Assembly (NCBI GenBank): GCA_963708075.1
Contig: OY970194.1
Coordinates: 2,432,001 to 2,496,000 of the forward strand
Reading direction: 5' to 3'
DNA length: 64,000 nucleotides
From: Sedimentisphaerales bacterium
GTDB lineage: Bacteria; Planctomycetota; Phycisphaerae; Sedimentisphaerales; Anaerobacaceae
The translations under genes were made by a program, and so were the position numbers. Shown here in pieces: positions 61,785 through 64,000 of this stretch. The notes under the pieces are model-generated. The model saw only the letters and a program-made list of their open reading frames with translations, searched no databases and was not told the origin of the DNA. How positions within the stretch are numbered: the stretch's first letter is position 1; every line of letters begins with the position of its first letter.

Positions 61785-63205
61785 TGCACTCCCTGCGGAC
61801 TCGACTGTTGGCCGGCATCGTCGGCGGGATGACGCTCCTGCTGACGGTCTTCAGCTTGCTTCTATATGCGATGATTGCCCGCGCGTTGGTCAACCAGTTT
61901 GACGCGTCGCTGGCGTCGATTGCCCAAATCCTGGCAGCGTCTGTCGAACACGATGAAGACCGGATCGAGATGGATCTCGCGGTGCAGCAGATGCCGGAGT
62001 TCCAGAACACCGGGCAGCCCACGTACTACGTACTCCGGCGACCTGACGGGACCATCATCGCTAAGTCCTCCCTGCTCGGAACACGCGATCTGCCCCGTTT
62101 CGAAGGCCTCGGAAAGACGCCGGCCTTCACCACGTTGAAGGACGAGGACGGCAAACCTCAGCGTGCGATGAGGCTGACTTTCGTGCCTAAGAGCACAGAC
62201 AGCAACGAAGAAGCCGCCCTTCAGGGGGCCGGCGGAGAAGCACTCACCCTCGCCGTAGCGCGCGATGCCACCGATTTGCAGAGGCAACTGTGGTCTTTGC
62301 GCTGGCTCCTGGCGGCCGCCTCTGCTGTGGTGATCGCTCTGTCCGTGCTCACCGGCACACTGGTCGTTGGGCGGGGACTTCGCCCGTTGCATCTCATCGC
62401 AGCCGAGATTGCGGCCGTCAAGACGGACGACCTGACTACTCGCATCGGGGCCGAACATGTACCTGCAGAGGCAGTCCCGATCAAGGAACGCCTCAACGAT
62501 TTGTTGTCCCGGCTGGAGGCGTCCTTCAACCGCGAGCGACAGTTCAACGCCGACGTTGCTCACGAACTCCGGACCCCATTGGCCGGGATTCGCTCCACGA
62601 TAGAGGTGACGCTGGCACGCCCGCGAGATCCGGCGGAGTACCATGCCGCCCTTTCCGATTGCCTGGAAATCACGCAAGGCATGCAATCCGTGGTCAACAA
62701 TCTGCTGATGCTCGCCCGGCTTGACGCCCGGCAAACCACATTCAAGACTGAGGAGGTCCGGCTCGCCGAACTGGTCGATGGCTGTTGGCGCCCCTTTGCC
62801 GATAGAGCGAGTGTGCGGGAGGTAGTCTTCGAGAACGGCATCCCCATCGACATGATCTGTCTATCGGATCGCGAGCACCTGTCCATGATTCTCTCGAATC
62901 TCCTGGACAACGCTGTCGAGTACACGGATGAGAGGGGACACATCTGGACCGCCGCCCGGCGAGTGGAGGACTCCATGGAAATCACCGTCTCCAACACCGG
63001 CTGCCAACTGACCGCAGAGCAGGTGCCTCGTGTATTCGACTTCTTCTGGCGAGGCGATTCGTCCCGTCAGGGCACAGGGACTCACTGCGGCCTGGGACTG
63101 GCCCTTGTCCAGAGGCTCGTCAAGGCATTGAGCGGCCACGTCATCGCCGAGCTCCAGCCAAGCGGCATCTTCACTATACAACTGACCTTCCCGATCAAGC
63201 CGTGA
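61781..63205 (+). CDS. Sensor histidine kinase (HAMP, HisKA, HATPase)
   Basis: Two TM helices; AHELRTPL, NLLDNA, FDFFWR, GLGL. Confidence 0.93.
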   Translation: MMHSLRTRLLAGIVGGMTLLLTVFSLLLYAMIARALVNQFDASLASIAQILAASVEHDEDRIEMDLAVQQMPEFQNTGQPTYYVLRRPDGTIIAKSSLLGTRDLPRFEGLGKTPAFTTLKDEDGKPQRAMRLTFVPKSTDSNEEAALQGAGGEALTLAVARDATDLQRQLWSLRWLLAAASAVVIALSVLTGTLVVGRGLRPLHLIAAEIAAVKTDDLTTRIGAEHVPAEAVPIKERLNDLLSRLEASFNRERQFNADVAHELRTPLAGIRSTIEVTLARPRDPAEYHAALSDCLEITQGMQSVVNNLLMLARLDARQTTFKTEEVRLAELVDGCWRPFADRASVREVVFENGIPIDMICLSDREHLSMILSNLLDNAVEYTDERGHIWTAARRVEDSMEITVSNTGCQLTAEQVPRVFDFFWRGDSSRQGTGTHCGLGLALVQRLVKALSGHVIAELQPSGIFTIQLTFPIKP

Positions 63206-63233
63206 ATCCGGTGACTTTTGCCTGTCGACAGCC

Positions 63234-63282
63234 AAAAGAAAGGCCTCGCCCATGCATTGGGTCTGCTGCATGGGCGAGGCCT
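63234..63282 (-). terminator. Terminator hairpin between convergent genes
   Basis: 16-bp stem aggcctcgcccatgca / tgcatgggcgaggcct with T-tract on the minus strand. Confidence 0.8.
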
Positions 63283-63303
63283 GTGCAAAGCCATCTGTGG
63301 GAT

Positions 63304-64000
63304 CTAGACTCTTGGATTGTTGCCGAGATATTCGGTCTGGGGCAGCTTGCCGACCAGCGGCAGAGCGTAATCCATGAATGCCTGGGTCAGGCCGTTGCCG
63401 TCGGCGTTGATGAACTCGGCGGGCATGGACTTGGTCTTCTCGGCCACGTTCTTCAACTCGGTGCGGAATAACCCGACGCCATACTTGCCATTGATGCCGG
63501 TGCGCTTCATGGCCACCGAGCCGCTGTCGTACCTCAGGGCGTACTTGACCGCCTGCCGCCCGCAGCGCCGGGCCTCGTTCACGTCCACTGTGGACTGGAT
63601 CCCCGGGAAGCTTCGCTGCAGGTAGCCGAACGTATCCGCGCGGACGCGCTTGATCTTGAGCTTGCCCTTCACTTGCGATGCCAGGAAATCGGCGAGCGCG
63701 CCGGTGCCGGAAAGCTGGACGTTGCCGTGCGCATCCCTCTCCGCAGTCTCGGCGATCTTCTCCGCCCATACCTTGCCGTCGGCATCGCACATGCCCTCGC
63801 TGACGGCGATCACGCAGCGGTTGAGCCTCTTGTAGACCGCATCGACGTCGGCGAGGAACTTGTCCATGGAGACGCCCCGCTCGGGGACGTAGACCAGGTG
63901 GGGACCATCGTCGTTTCGGATCTTGCCCAGCGTCGACGCGGCGGTCAGGAAGCCCGCGTGACGGCCCATGATCACGTCGATTTTCACGCCCGGCAGAGCG
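63304..64000 (-). CDS. Pyrophosphate-dependent phosphofructokinase family, C-terminal part (5' truncated by window edge)
   Basis: MGRHAGFL, VYVPE, VSEG, DAHGNVQL, RADTFGYLQRS, YALPLVG. Confidence 0.88.
   Translation of the reverse strand, partial: ALPGVKIDVIMGRHAGFLTAASTLGKIRNDDGPHLVYVPERGVSMDKFLADVDAVYKRLNRCVIAVSEGMCDADGKVWAEKIAETAERDAHGNVQLSGTGALADFLASQVKGKLKIKRVRADTFGYLQRSFPGIQSTVDVNEARRCGRQAVKYALRYDSGSVAMKRTGINGKYGVGLFRTELKNVAEKTKSMPAEFINADGNGLTQAFMDYALPLVGKLPQTEYLGNNPRV

Overview
GC-rich bacterial chromosomal segment. It is most consistent with a Planctomycetota (Phycisphaerae/Sedimentisphaerales-like) genome, inferred from a DUF1559-type prepilin protein, ECF sigma factors with membrane-anchored C-terminal extensions, a giant lamin-tail/CotH protein, discoidin/LamG secreted proteins and a dnaA not linked to dnaN. 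The left ~37 kb is accessory: Rieske proteins, an FGE-fold protein, Gfo/Idh/MocA oxidoreductases, a B12 radical SAM enzyme, a GH27, a sulfatase, a PEP-CTERM-like haloperoxidase and tandem LamG paralogs. The right part mixes housekeeping genes (ribBA, pdxJ, dapA, trehalose TPS/TPP, dnaA, ftsY, PPi-PFK) with an ECF-sigma/LRR locus, a small HNH plus toxin-antitoxin islet and a PepSY/two-component module. The non-coding DNA is rich in structure: two 155-bp ISAs1-like MITEs with 10-bp target duplications, a 256-bp TIR element, a family of GGGTG-capped REP-like palindromes (one reads in frame in a gene), short tandem repeats, and a promoter motif shared by the two ECF genes. At least five genes carry frameshifts, mostly at GCGC, which look like sequencing artefacts and may reflect DNA methylation. 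I saw no rRNA, tRNA or CRISPR array.
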